A stretch of DNA of 64,000 bases from Lewinellaceae bacterium (GTDB lineage Bacteria > Bacteroidota > Bacteroidia > Chitinophagales > Saprospiraceae), in NCBI GenBank assembly GCA_020636195.1, contig JACJYH010000005.1:13435-77434 (forward strand), read 5' to 3'. The first letter of the stretch is position 1. Each line of letters begins with the position of its first letter. The position numbers and the translations under genes are program-made. Shown piece by piece: positions 36,000 through 47,005 of this stretch. The notes below the pieces were generated by a model that did no database searches, was not told where the DNA came from, and worked only from the letters and a program-made list of their open reading frames with translations.

Positions 36000-38027
36000 T
36001 TGCAGTCTTTACATTATCCAAACCTGTTTTCACCTTTACATTTTGATCGATTTTCGTTGAAAAATCGGTTTGTGATGGGATCAATGCACACCAATCTAGA
36101 AGAGATTCCGGGAGGCTTTGAAAGAGCAGCTGCATTTTATGGGCTGAGGGCACAAGGTGGTGTAGGCCTAATAATAACAGGTGGTATATCTCCAAATGAT
36201 GCAGGGTGCGTAGCTGCAAAGGCAGCAACACTTCAAACCAAGGAAGAATGTGCTCAACATGCATTGATCACTCGAGAAGTGCATAAACATGGTGCAAAGA
36301 TTTGTATGCAAATTTTACATACAGGTAGGTATGGATACCATCCAAAAATAGTAGCACCGTCAGCGATTCAGGCTCCCATCAACTTCTTCAAACCAAAAGA
36401 AATGACTGAAGAGGATATTTGGAGTACCATTGATGATTATGGGCGATGCGCTCAATTGGCCGAAGAAGCCGGGTATGACGGTGTTGAAATCATGGGTTCT
36501 GAAGGGTATTTGATCAACCAGTTTTTGACCACAAAGACCAATCAAAGACAAGATGCTTGGGGTGGATCGTATGAAAATAGAATGAAATTTCCATTAGCAA
36601 TTATTCGGAAGATAAAAGAATTTGTCAGCGATGATTTTATCATCATTTATAGGATATCACTGTTGGATTTGGTAAGTGATGGTAGCACTTGGGAAGAAGT
36701 CATCCTTTTGGCAAAAGCCCTTGAGCAATGTGGCGTTCATATTCTGAATAGCGGAATTGGTTGGCATGAAGCTCGAATACCAACCATTGCAAGTGTGGTG
36801 CCACCAACAGCTTTCTCGTGGATTACATCAAAATTAAAAGAAGAAGTGGCTATACCCGTGATTGCTGTCAACCGGATCAATACCCCTGAATTGGCAGAGT
36901 CAATCATAAGTCATAATCAGGCAGATTTGGTGTCATTGGCGCGGCCATTTTTAGCTGATCCATTTCTAGTTCAAAAATCATCAGAAGGCTTGGCAAATGA
37001 GATCAATACTTGCATTGCATGTAATCAAGCGTGTCTTGACCATACCTTTCAAATGAAAATATCTTCATGCCTCGTTAATCCTCAGGCATGCCATGAAACG
37101 GAATTGGTTTATCATCATACTGACCAACCTAAAAAGATAGCTGTGGTAGGAGGAGGTCCTGCCGGTATGGCTTTCGCTCATATTGCAGCTTTGAGAGGGC
37201 ACGATGTGACACTTTATGAAAGAGAACCACAATTAGGTGGGCAATTTGTGATGGCTGCCAAAGTTCCCGGAAAGGAAGACTATCACCATACAATTCGATA
37301 TTTTGAAAACATGCTCCAAAAATATGGTGTAAAGGTAATTTTGAATATTGAGTTTACTCCTGAAATGTACCATAACTACCACTTTGATGCCCTCGTCTTG
37401 GCAAATGGTGTAATCCCTCGCATGCCGGAAATTATAGGTATTCACCATCTTAAGGTTCTTACATATGTCGATGTGCTCTATAAAGGTGCTAATGTGGGAC
37501 AAAATGTAGCCATCATTGGATCCGGAGGTATAGGTTTTGATGTCGCAACCTACATAACCACAAGGAATGAAGAAAGCCCAATGGATTTGCAAAATTATTT
37601 TAAAGATTGGGGAATAGATACGGAATTGGAACATCGAGGTGGAGTGAAAAAAGCAGATCCTTCATCTCCGAGAAGGAAGGTGTATTTACTGAAACGATCT
37701 CCAGGAAAACATGGGCAATCATTGGGAAAAACAACCGGTTGGATTCATAAAGCGACGTTACAATCAAGAGGTGTAGAAATGCTTTCAAGTGTGGACTATC
37801 AGAAAATAGATGATCTCGGATTGCATATTTCGGTCAATGGAGAGTATCGACTTTTAGAAGTTGACAATGTTATCATTTGCGCAGGTCAAGATTCTTCTCG
37901 TGATTTATATGATGTGTTGAGCTCACGGATTGACAATGTACATGTGATAGGAGGCGCATTTGAATTAAGAGAATTGGATGCAAAAGCGGCGATTTTCCAA
38001 GCTTGCCATCTGGCTTCTCAATTTTGA
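36000..38027 (+). CDS. fadH: NADPH-dependent 2,4-dienoyl-CoA reductase
   Basis: The N-terminus YPNLFSPLHFDRFSLKNRFVMGSMHTNLEE parallels E. coli FadH. An OYE-like TIM barrel is followed by a GGGPAG FAD/NAD(P) domain. TTG start. Confidence 0.9.
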   Translation: MQSLHYPNLFSPLHFDRFSLKNRFVMGSMHTNLEEIPGGFERAAAFYGLRAQGGVGLIITGGISPNDAGCVAAKAATLQTKEECAQHALITREVHKHGAKICMQILHTGRYGYHPKIVAPSAIQAPINFFKPKEMTEEDIWSTIDDYGRCAQLAEEAGYDGVEIMGSEGYLINQFLTTKTNQRQDAWGGSYENRMKFPLAIIRKIKEFVSDDFIIIYRISLLDLVSDGSTWEEVILLAKALEQCGVHILNSGIGWHEARIPTIASVVPPTAFSWITSKLKEEVAIPVIAVNRINTPELAESIISHNQADLVSLARPFLADPFLVQKSSEGLANEINTCIACNQACLDHTFQMKISSCLVNPQACHETELVYHHTDQPKKIAVVGGGPAGMAFAHIAALRGHDVTLYEREPQLGGQFVMAAKVPGKEDYHHTIRYFENMLQKYGVKVILNIEFTPEMYHNYHFDALVLANGVIPRMPEIIGIHHLKVLTYVDVLYKGANVGQNVAIIGSGGIGFDVATYITTRNEESPMDLQNYFKDWGIDTELEHRGGVKKADPSSPRRKVYLLKRSPGKHGQSLGKTTGWIHKATLQSRGVEMLSSVDYQKIDDLGLHISVNGEYRLLEVDNVIICAGQDSSRDLYDVLSSRIDNVHVIGGAFELRELDAKAAIFQACHLASQF

Positions 38028-38030
38028 TAT

Positions 38031-38990
38031 ATGGCTGGTTTTCGAGTACTTATCACTGACAGAGTTCACCCTTTATTGATAGAAGGTTTAGAAAAAAATG
38101 GTGTATTAGTAAGCTACGACACATCTATTGACAATGCATCTTTGGAATCTTGTATCCAAGAATTTGATGGTCTTATCATCAATAGTAAAATACGAATGGA
38201 TGCACAGAAAATGGAAAAAGGTAAAAAACTGAAGTTCATTGGAAGGCTTGGATCGGGATTAGAAATCATCGATTTGGATGCTGCAAAATATTTCAATATT
38301 CAAGTTTTCAATTCTCCGGAAGGCAACGAAAATGCTGTTGCAGAACACGCATTAGGTATGCTTTTGTCTTTGTCAAATAATCTTTGCAAATCTAATCTGG
38401 AAGTAAGAAATTTTCAGTGGAATCGAGAAGAAAATAGAGGATTTGAGCTTGAAGGCAAAACCTTAGGTATCATTGGGCTTGGTCATACTGGTGGAGCATT
38501 TGCGAGAAAAATGTCATCATGGAGACTGAATGTAATAGCTTACGATAAGTATAAGGAGCACTTTGCTGAGGATTTGCGTTTTGTAGAAAAAGTGGATCTG
38601 GTGACGCTTCAACAAAGAGCCGATTTCATCAGTGTACATTTACCTTTGACTGAAGAGACAAAGTATTTTATTGACAGGCTATTTATCAATCAATGTAAAC
38701 AGGGTTTTATTCTCATTAACACCTCCAGAGGAAAAATTGTAAACACTTTGGATTTGATCTCAGCGCTTGAGCAAAAAAAAGTAGGTGGTGCATGTCTTGA
38801 TGTTTTCGAAAATGAGAAACCGATGGAATATACCGAAGCAGAAATCAATATGTACAAAAGCCTATTTTCTCATGAGAAAGTATTGGTGTCCCCACATATC
38901 GCCGGATGGACAAGGGAATCGTTGGTAAAAATTGCAAAAGTGTTGTTAGATAAGATTTTAAATTCAGGAATTATCCAGAACATCCAATAG
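38031..38990 (+). CDS. D-isomer-specific 2-hydroxyacid dehydrogenase family (PGDH-like)
   Basis: GIIGLGHTGGAFARKM NAD fold, and RGKIVNTLDLISALEQKKVGGACLDVFENE. Confidence 0.85.
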   Translation: MAGFRVLITDRVHPLLIEGLEKNGVLVSYDTSIDNASLESCIQEFDGLIINSKIRMDAQKMEKGKKLKFIGRLGSGLEIIDLDAAKYFNIQVFNSPEGNENAVAEHALGMLLSLSNNLCKSNLEVRNFQWNREENRGFELEGKTLGIIGLGHTGGAFARKMSSWRLNVIAYDKYKEHFAEDLRFVEKVDLVTLQQRADFISVHLPLTEETKYFIDRLFINQCKQGFILINTSRGKIVNTLDLISALEQKKVGGACLDVFENEKPMEYTEAEINMYKSLFSHEKVLVSPHIAGWTRESLVKIAKVLLDKILNSGIIQNIQ

Positions 38991-39121
38991 AAAAATATTG
39001 AAAGTGTAATCTTGAATACAAAAATTGATGAATATTTGAATAAAAATTTTGATAAGGGATCGAATATCCGTATCATTGCAGACTTTTTTAAGAATTTATT
39101 AACAATAGCAATAATTCTCAA

Positions 39122-42100
39122 ATGAATAGATTATTACTAATATTATGTGTAGTCTTTGCTTCTACAGCTGGATTGGTAGCACAAACCACCATAGAAGGCA
39201 AAGTGAAAGATGTGAAGACAAAGGAACCCATCCTTTTTGGTACCATTGCATTATATCGTGGTGGCGTGCTCATTACCGGTACGGAGACGGATTTGGATGG
39301 AAATTACTTTATTTCTGACGTTCAACCTGGAACTTACGAGATGGAAGCAAGTTATGTTGGCTATGCTACTCAGAAGCAAACCGGAATTGTGATCAAGGCA
39401 GGAAAAACAAACAAGGTAGATTTTGACCTATCAGATGATGCAGTTTTGCTGGACTTGGGTATTGAGATCAAGGAACACAGAGTTCCATTGATAGAAATTG
39501 ACAATACGACGCAGGGAGCGACTGTGACAGCTGAGAAAATCAGAGCTCTACCTACAAAACAAATCAATGCTATTGCCGCAACTTCAGCGGGTATCTCATC
39601 TCGAGATGGTGGAGACATTTCTATTCGTGGTTCTAGAAGTAATGAGACTGTATATTTCCTCGATGGCGTGAGAGTTACAGGAAATATGATCCCGCAATCA
39701 GAAGTGGAGCAGCTTCAAGTCGTCGTTGGTGGTGTTGAAGCTAGGTATGGTGACGTTACAGGTGGTGTGATTTCATTGACATCCAGAGGACCTTCAAGTA
39801 AAATCTCAGGTAGCTTGGAAATAGAGAAATCTCTTGATGGCTTCGGCTACAATCTTTATAGTGGAAATATTTCGGGTCCAATTTTAAAGAACAAAAAGAA
39901 GCAATCTATATTGGGATACAGATTTTCTGGGCAATACAGAAAGGTAAACGATAATAATCCTTCTGCTATCGGTGTGTATCGAGTTCCTGAATCACTTATT
40001 CGTACATTGGAGCAAAACCCTACTTACAGTATTGGAGAAGCATCATTTCCATCTATTGAGTTATACGGCAATAATGATATAGGAAAACCTTTCAAAGCAA
40101 GACCGAATGATGACAATACTGACATTGATTTAACAGGTCGTTTGGATATCAAACCTACAAGCAATATCGATATTCAAATTTCCGGTAACTACAATGACGG
40201 CAAAAATCGGTTCGGTCCAGGAAGTTCAGGTGTATCGGGTTCCAGTGATTCTTGGGTTTATCTCAACTGGGTAAATAATCCATACGAATACAATAATACT
40301 TATAGAGGTAATTTTAGATTGACACATAAGCTTGGAAAGCAAAGTATTAACGATGAAGGACAAAAGGAAAATGTCACTTCCAATTTTAGAAATTTAAGTT
40401 ATACCATTACACTTGGTTATCAGAATAGAAAACAAAGGATTGAAGATTTTAGGCACGAAGATAGATTGTTTGATTACGGATATTTTGGAACAACTGAACG
40501 TTCATGGGCTCCGGTATTCTCTTTCAGAAGTGAAGATGATCCATTATCTGCAACAGAACCTTTCGGACATGTGGGTTACAATGCGGATATTGGAACTTAT
40601 ACTTTAAACGAAACAATCAATCCGGTTTTAGGATCATACAATGCGATCAATGGTGTCAATGTGAATGGTCTTTTGAACCAAAATATCAACTCTGCATGGA
40701 ACAATATTTTTGCTAATGTAGGTCAGGTATATAATAGATTTAGTAAAGTTGACAATGATCTTATTTCTATTAACTTTAGCACCGGTTTCGATTTACTTCC
40801 GGGAGGATCTGAAAAAGGAAGACATAATGTCCAGTTTGGAGTTCTTTATGAACAAAGTGTCAATAGAAGTTGGTTAGTGAGGCCATTTGGTCTATGGAAT
40901 ACTGCAGAAATCCTTGCAAATAATCATATCAATGGTCTAAACTACGATAATATAGTCGGAAAGGAATTGTCGCTAAATCCATTTACTGGACAATTGGATA
41001 CATTTAATTTATATGAGACAAAGTTGAATATTGATCCAGACAATCAGTTTTATAGCAAAGTAAGGGATTTGTGGAATCAAACGCACAATGAGCAACTTTC
41101 CATTCATGATTATGTCAATGTATGGGACATCGATCCAAGTTTATTGAAACTAGATCTATTTTCAGCCAATGAACTCATTTTTCAGAATCAAGTTGATTAT
41201 TATGGCTTTGATTATCTTGGAAATAAATTGGGTACGGACGTTCGATTTGAAGATTTCTTCACCAGCAGAGACTCTGAAGGTAGAAGAACTTTTGTGGTGG
41301 CACCTCAACAGCCAATTTATAGTTCAGTGTATTTGCAAGATAAATTTTCATACAAAGATATTATATTTAGACTTGGTGTCCGTGCAGATTATTACGATGC
41401 AAACACAAAAGTTTTGCGAGATAATTATGCTTTATATGAGATAGAGAGTGCAAAGGATTACTATTCTCGGATAGGTAAAGATCAGCCTTCTTCTGTAGAA
41501 GATGATTATAAAGTATATGTTGCGGATGAAGAATCTGATAATGTGGTAGCTTTCAGAAAAGGTGATCAATGGTATTTACCAAATGGTACAGCGGTGTCCG
41601 GTGGAAACGTCATTTATCAAGGTGGATTGGTAACGCCTTCTTACGTAGGAAAAACAACGGGTCGTGTTTTAGATATCCAAGATAGTGATTTTGATCCAAA
41701 TACGTCATTTGTAGATTATAAGCCAAAATTGAATTTCATGCCAAGATTGGCATTCTCCTTCCCGATTTCTGATGATGCAGGATTTTTTGCTCACTATGAT
41801 GTGCTTTATCAGAGACCTCCATCCAATGCTTATGCATCTCCACTGGATTATTACTTCTGGGAAGATAAGACAAGAATAAATCCGAATGATACACCTCTTG
41901 ACAATCCAAATTTAAATCCTATCAGAACGATAGATTATGAGGTAGGATTCCAGCAAAAAGTATCAGACAATATGGCTTTAAAGGTATCCGCCTATTATAA
42001 AGAAATGAAGGACTTGATTCAGCAAAAAGTTTTGGCCAATGTTGCTTCTCCTTTAAATACTTATAAAATATATGATAACTTGGATTTCGGCACGGTCAAA

Positions 42101-42799
42101 GGTTTCTCATTTACATTGGATAGAAGAAGAACCAATAATATAGAACTTACTGCAACTTATACATTGCAATTTGCAGATGGATCCGGTAGTGATGCGAACT
42201 CATCAAGTGGTATTAACAACTTCGGATCGATATTGACGTTATTACCACTCAGTTATGATGAAAGACATAGGGTTACCACAGTTATTGACTATAGGTATGG
42301 CAGTGGAAAGTCTTACAATGGACCAAGAATAGGTAATGTCAAAATTTTAGAAGAATTTGGTGTGAACTTGACTTCTTACTTGGTGTCCGGTCAGCCATAT
42401 ACTCTCGCAGCAAACGTCAAACAATTTGATGCATCCGGATATAAAAGTTCTATTAATGGTGCTAGACTTCCATGGAATTTTACGACTGATTTGAATGTTC
42501 AGAAACGATTACCAATTACAATAAGCAAAGCCACAGGAAAGCAGTTGAATTTCAATGTATATCTAAGGGTTCAAAACTTATTTAACACTAAAAACATCAT
42601 CAATGTGTATAAATACTCTAATGACCCCGAAGATGATGGATTCTTGAATTCAAGTATTGGTCAAGACAGGATAGATGCCATTGCAGCATCAGGTAGAAAT
42701 GTACAGAATTTCTTGGATGCGTATAACTGGAGGATGAATGCTCCCGGAAATTATACCCAGCCAAGACGAATTTATGTTGGTGCAATATTAGATTTTTAA
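39122..42799 (+). CDS. giant TonB-dependent-receptor-like outer-membrane barrel with a CarboxypepD_reg N-terminal domain
   Basis: Signal peptide. TIEGKVKD......G....TDLDGNY.I....GTYE.E.SYVGY carboxypeptidase-regulatory fold. Plug-like ...ISIRGSRSNETVYFLDGVRV. About 950 aa of beta-rich sequence ending in ...YVGAILDF. Confidence 0.8.
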   Translation: MNRLLLILCVVFASTAGLVAQTTIEGKVKDVKTKEPILFGTIALYRGGVLITGTETDLDGNYFISDVQPGTYEMEASYVGYATQKQTGIVIKAGKTNKVDFDLSDDAVLLDLGIEIKEHRVPLIEIDNTTQGATVTAEKIRALPTKQINAIAATSAGISSRDGGDISIRGSRSNETVYFLDGVRVTGNMIPQSEVEQLQVVVGGVEARYGDVTGGVISLTSRGPSSKISGSLEIEKSLDGFGYNLYSGNISGPILKNKKKQSILGYRFSGQYRKVNDNNPSAIGVYRVPESLIRTLEQNPTYSIGEASFPSIELYGNNDIGKPFKARPNDDNTDIDLTGRLDIKPTSNIDIQISGNYNDGKNRFGPGSSGVSGSSDSWVYLNWVNNPYEYNNTYRGNFRLTHKLGKQSINDEGQKENVTSNFRNLSYTITLGYQNRKQRIEDFRHEDRLFDYGYFGTTERSWAPVFSFRSEDDPLSATEPFGHVGYNADIGTYTLNETINPVLGSYNAINGVNVNGLLNQNINSAWNNIFANVGQVYNRFSKVDNDLISINFSTGFDLLPGGSEKGRHNVQFGVLYEQSVNRSWLVRPFGLWNTAEILANNHINGLNYDNIVGKELSLNPFTGQLDTFNLYETKLNIDPDNQFYSKVRDLWNQTHNEQLSIHDYVNVWDIDPSLLKLDLFSANELIFQNQVDYYGFDYLGNKLGTDVRFEDFFTSRDSEGRRTFVVAPQQPIYSSVYLQDKFSYKDIIFRLGVRADYYDANTKVLRDNYALYEIESAKDYYSRIGKDQPSSVEDDYKVYVADEESDNVVAFRKGDQWYLPNGTAVSGGNVIYQGGLVTPSYVGKTTGRVLDIQDSDFDPNTSFVDYKPKLNFMPRLAFSFPISDDAGFFAHYDVLYQRPPSNAYASPLDYYFWEDKTRINPNDTPLDNPNLNPIRTIDYEVGFQQKVSDNMALKVSAYYKEMKDLIQQKVLANVASPLNTYKIYDNLDFGTVKGFSFTLDRRRTNNIELTATYTLQFADGSGSDANSSSGINNFGSILTLLPLSYDERHRVTTVIDYRYGSGKSYNGPRIGNVKILEEFGVNLTSYLVSGQPYTLAANVKQFDASGYKSSINGARLPWNFTTDLNVQKRLPITISKATGKQLNFNVYLRVQNLFNTKNIINVYKYSNDPEDDGFLNSSIGQDRIDAIAASGRNVQNFLDAYNWRMNAPGNYTQPRRIYVGAILDF

Positions 42800-42816
42800 A
42801 AAAAATATTACAAAAA

Positions 42817-45800
42817 ATGAAGATATCAAAATTTTTAATTTTTATTGGAGTGTTATTTGTTTACAACTCTGATATAATGGCAAAGGAACCTACCACGCCC
42901 ACAGATGGTGGTAGCCCTGCGCTTCAACAAACTACGGAATGGAGAGCAGTATGTACGCGACCTACCAAATCATACGATATGCAGGTCAATAACGTCAGAG
43001 CTAGATTGCATACAGGTGGTGATTTGTGGTCAACTGCTCAGTATTTTGTGCCAAAACCTACTCCGGGACAGCCATTAGTATCGGCATTATATGCAGGAGG
43101 AGTTTGGATTGGAGGTGTAAACAGAGCCAAGAATATCAAATTGACGGCCGTCACCTATCGACAAGAAGGTATGGATAATTTTGCAGGACCATTGGATATA
43201 AATGGTACTACAGAATTTGAAATTTGTCAGCAATGGGACCGCTTTTTCACTGTGAATGGTGATGATGCACGGAATCATGCGCAAAAAGTAATATTATCCA
43301 TTGCAAATGGTAATGGAGGTGTAGTTAACATAGACAGCATTCCGGAGTCCGTCAAATTTTGGCCCGGACAAGGAAGCCCATATTTTAGAACAAAATATGG
43401 ATTTGCTTTGCCGGATCAACCTTTAGGAGACTTTTTTGATTTGGATGGTGATTTGAAATACGATCCTGCAAAAGGTGATTTTCCAACTATATATATAAGA
43501 GATTGTGAACCGGAAACGATCCAAAAAGCTTCTCAACTTATTCCTGATGAAATGGTATTCTGGATATACAATGATGCAGGAGGTCCACAGACGCTTTCCG
43601 GTCCGGAAAAAATACAAATGGAAGTACAAGTGCAAAGTTTTGCATATGCAAGTAATGATGAGATCAATGATATGACCTTTTATAGGTATAAATTGATCAA
43701 TAAGGCCAATGAAGATTTATTGGATTGTTATTTTTCCATGTGGATCGACCCCGATTTGGGTTGTTATCAAGATGATTACATTGGCTGTGACCAAACAATT
43801 GTTAATGGTAAACCGCGTTCATTGGCGTATGTCTATAATGAAGACGCTATAGATGGGATAGGTAGCACCACATCATGTGAGTCCACTCAGACCTATGGTA
43901 CGGATATTCCTATCCTTGGAATGGACTACTTTAGAGGCCCTCGTGGTCCAAAAGTTTTCTTAAGAGATGAAGATACAAATGCAATCATTAGGGACTCAAA
44001 TGGACAAGTTATTTTGGTGGATCCGGAACCATTTACTGGCGCTGTTGATACATTATTGGAATTAGGAATGACATCATTTACATATGCGGAAAACTGCTCC
44101 GTTGGTTCTGTCCCTGTTGCCACTTGTGATCCCCAGAGAGGTAGAGAAGATGGGTTTTATAATTTGATTAGGGGACTTTGGGCTGATGGAACTCCTTTGA
44201 CCAAAGGTGGTACCGGATATAATCCAGGAAGCACTGAGATCACAAAATACGCATTCCCTGATGAGCCAAACGATAATAACGGTTGGTCAATGTGTAGTGT
44301 GAAAATGCCTTTCGGTGATAGACGAACACTACAGGCAACAGGACCACTGCTATTACAACCGGGTGCCATCAATGAATTGATTATTGGTGTGGTGTTTGTG
44401 CCAAGCATAGATTATCCATGTCCGGATATCACTAGGCTGCAGTATGCCGACGATATCGCTCAATCTTTATTTAATAATTGTTTTGATTTTCCAGACGGTC
44501 CTGATGCACCAGATGTCACTGCTGTCGAATTGGATAGAGAGTTGATTCTGATGTTATCAAATGAAGTTACTTCTAACAATTTTAATCAACAATATGAAGA
44601 AGTTGATATACAGGCTCCTCAATTGGGTGTGGATAATACGTATAAATTTGAAGGTTATAGGATCTTCCAATTGGCCAACGCAACAGTGAGTGTACAAGAA
44701 TTGGGAGATGTAACAAAGGCGCGCGAAGTGGCATTAGTAGATGTAAAAAATGGCATCAAGGAAATATACAATTGGACAGCACAATCTAATCCTATCATTC
44801 AAGATGGACCTGTAGTGTTTATTCCTGAGAAAAAAGTTGAAGGTCTAGACAGTGGGATCAGATATTCTTTCAGAATAACAGAAGACGCATTTGCTGTCAG
44901 CGATAAAAGGTTGGTTAATCATAAGCAGTACCATTATTTGGCGTTGGCTTATGCGAATAACAATTGGCAAACCTTAGACATTGTAACAGGAGAAGGACAA
45001 AGAACTTCTTATCTAGCAGGTAGAAAAAATATTGGTGGAGTAGAAAAAAAGGCATACACCTTTGTACCAAGGCCAATTGTATATGAGAAATTGCATGCGG
45101 AGTACGGAGAAGGCGCCAGTGTAGCCCGATTAGCAGGAGAAGGCAATCCCGGTATTTTCTTAGAGATGACGGATGACATGGATCAGGTGATCCTATCTGG
45201 CAGCTTTGATGGCAAAATAACCTACAAGAAAGGTGCTGGTCCTATCGAAGCCAAAGTAGTTGATCCATTGAGAGTAAAGGACGGTAAGTATAAATTAGAA
45301 ATCATCGGTACATTCAATAACAACAAAGAAATATGTAGCTTTGGTGATGATACCTACTGGAGATTGACAGATGTGACAAATGCATCGGCTCCGGTTTTAC
45401 TTCTGGATAATAAGAAATTGAGCGATGTTAAGGAGTATATCTTAAAGAACAAAGGAGTTTCTATAATCGTCAATAGTGTAGAGGAGACCGGTGCTGCCGG
45501 AAGCGGTGACAATGGTGCTGTCGGTGCTAGGTACACCTATGCTAATGACGGGGGCGCAACATGGTTCAATGCTGTACGAGACAATGGAATCATCCAAACG
45601 TCCACTGATGGTAACGTCACTTTAAATATATTAGACCTTGTTCGTACCACAGATTTGGATAAAAATGGTAGTCTGTCTAAGATGGGAGGCGGATATTTTT
45701 TCCCATTCTTATCCTCTAGATATGAGACTGATCTATTGCTTCCGGTTTACTTTAGTCCCGCGGCGAGAGATTACATGCTTCTGGCAACCAGCAGAACCAT

Positions 45801-46932
45801 CAATGCATTGAGATATCGAGATTTGAATAATGTAGATATCGTATTTACAAAAAATAAGGATCTGTGGAGTAAGTGTATCGTTGTAGAAACAGCCAGCCCA
45901 GATATGATCAATGCAGGAAATCAAACCATTGGTAATGCCAAGAATTTTGAGATTAGGCAAAGCCCTTCCAAGGATAAAGATGGAAACGAAATAGCCAATT
46001 CTACCGGATTCAGTTATTTCCCCGGTTATGCTATAGACGTAGAAACCGGTAAACGCTTGAACATCTTCTTCGGTGAGAATAGTATATTTTCGGGTGATAA
46101 CACTGTATATTTAGATGGTAATGTTCCTATTGGAGGTGATATGTTATTCAACCCATCAGGACAATACTTTGCTCCTGAATTTGGTAATGACTTGAGACAG
46201 ATTGTGATGGGAGGTCATCATTATATCTATGTCACTAGACAGGAATACGATGGTTGTGAGTCAATGGCCACAAAATTATTACCAACAAGTGGTGCAACTA
46301 CGAAAATTAAAGCCATTGCTGCCGTTACTTGGACGGCATGGCCTGTAGGTGTGCCAAGTCATCCTTTGCTTTCAGTTCAGGAAGGATTGATTCCAAACGA
46401 TCTCAGAGTCCAATTGAGAGTAGATAATCCTTATGGACAATCTAGAAAATTCAATATCAATACTGAGCGAAATTGTGACACTGATGGCGATAATCCGGTG
46501 TATGAATTTTCATTTGATGGATTAGAAGCAGAACAATTGGATGAGCAAGCAGAATACGTTGGTGCTTTGGCGAATGTCAATGTAGTTCCAAATCCATACT
46601 ATGCATACAGTTCCTATGAATCCAACCAGTTTACAAATGTAGTGAAGATCACAAATCTACCTGCAAGGGCAACTGTAAGCATATATAGTATAGATGGAAG
46701 TTTCATCAAACAATATGATAGAGATGAAAGAGGCACTATTTTGAATGGTTCACAAAGGCCAACATCCACAACACAAGTGTATCCTGATCTTGATTGGGAT
46801 ATGAAAAATTATAAGAATGTTCCTGTAAGTAGTGGAGTCTATTTGATTCATATTTTGGCTCCTGAATATGGTGAAGAAAGAACCATCAAGTGGTTCGGAA
46901 TTGGCAGAAAATTAGATCCAAACGGATTATAA
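42817..46932 (+). CDS. 1371-aa exported protein of unknown function with a CTD-like beta-sandwich tail
   Basis: Signal peptide MKISKFLIFIGVLFVY. No catalytic motif recognised. The C-terminal VVPNPYYAYSS....VKITNLPARATVSIYSIDGSFIKQ...VSSGVYLIHI resembles T9SS CTD / FlgD-Ig-like domains. Confidence 0.7.
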   Translation: MKISKFLIFIGVLFVYNSDIMAKEPTTPTDGGSPALQQTTEWRAVCTRPTKSYDMQVNNVRARLHTGGDLWSTAQYFVPKPTPGQPLVSALYAGGVWIGGVNRAKNIKLTAVTYRQEGMDNFAGPLDINGTTEFEICQQWDRFFTVNGDDARNHAQKVILSIANGNGGVVNIDSIPESVKFWPGQGSPYFRTKYGFALPDQPLGDFFDLDGDLKYDPAKGDFPTIYIRDCEPETIQKASQLIPDEMVFWIYNDAGGPQTLSGPEKIQMEVQVQSFAYASNDEINDMTFYRYKLINKANEDLLDCYFSMWIDPDLGCYQDDYIGCDQTIVNGKPRSLAYVYNEDAIDGIGSTTSCESTQTYGTDIPILGMDYFRGPRGPKVFLRDEDTNAIIRDSNGQVILVDPEPFTGAVDTLLELGMTSFTYAENCSVGSVPVATCDPQRGREDGFYNLIRGLWADGTPLTKGGTGYNPGSTEITKYAFPDEPNDNNGWSMCSVKMPFGDRRTLQATGPLLLQPGAINELIIGVVFVPSIDYPCPDITRLQYADDIAQSLFNNCFDFPDGPDAPDVTAVELDRELILMLSNEVTSNNFNQQYEEVDIQAPQLGVDNTYKFEGYRIFQLANATVSVQELGDVTKAREVALVDVKNGIKEIYNWTAQSNPIIQDGPVVFIPEKKVEGLDSGIRYSFRITEDAFAVSDKRLVNHKQYHYLALAYANNNWQTLDIVTGEGQRTSYLAGRKNIGGVEKKAYTFVPRPIVYEKLHAEYGEGASVARLAGEGNPGIFLEMTDDMDQVILSGSFDGKITYKKGAGPIEAKVVDPLRVKDGKYKLEIIGTFNNNKEICSFGDDTYWRLTDVTNASAPVLLLDNKKLSDVKEYILKNKGVSIIVNSVEETGAAGSGDNGAVGARYTYANDGGATWFNAVRDNGIIQTSTDGNVTLNILDLVRTTDLDKNGSLSKMGGGYFFPFLSSRYETDLLLPVYFSPAARDYMLLATSRTINALRYRDLNNVDIVFTKNKDLWSKCIVVETASPDMINAGNQTIGNAKNFEIRQSPSKDKDGNEIANSTGFSYFPGYAIDVETGKRLNIFFGENSIFSGDNTVYLDGNVPIGGDMLFNPSGQYFAPEFGNDLRQIVMGGHHYIYVTRQEYDGCESMATKLLPTSGATTKIKAIAAVTWTAWPVGVPSHPLLSVQEGLIPNDLRVQLRVDNPYGQSRKFNINTERNCDTDGDNPVYEFSFDGLEAEQLDEQAEYVGALANVNVVPNPYYAYSSYESNQFTNVVKITNLPARATVSIYSIDGSFIKQYDRDERGTILNGSQRPTSTTQVYPDLDWDMKNYKNVPVSSGVYLIHILAPEYGEERTIKWFGIGRKLDPNGL

Positions 46933-47005
46933 AAAATTAGAGTCGGATGCAGGGGAATCGATACCTTGCATCTGACTTTATCATTTATCAATAGAAAAAG
47001 TAAAA

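Noticed and set aside
35986-36264. 92-aa minus-strand ORF
   Set aside because: It is antisense to the N-terminus of fadH, which aligns convincingly with E. coli FadH.
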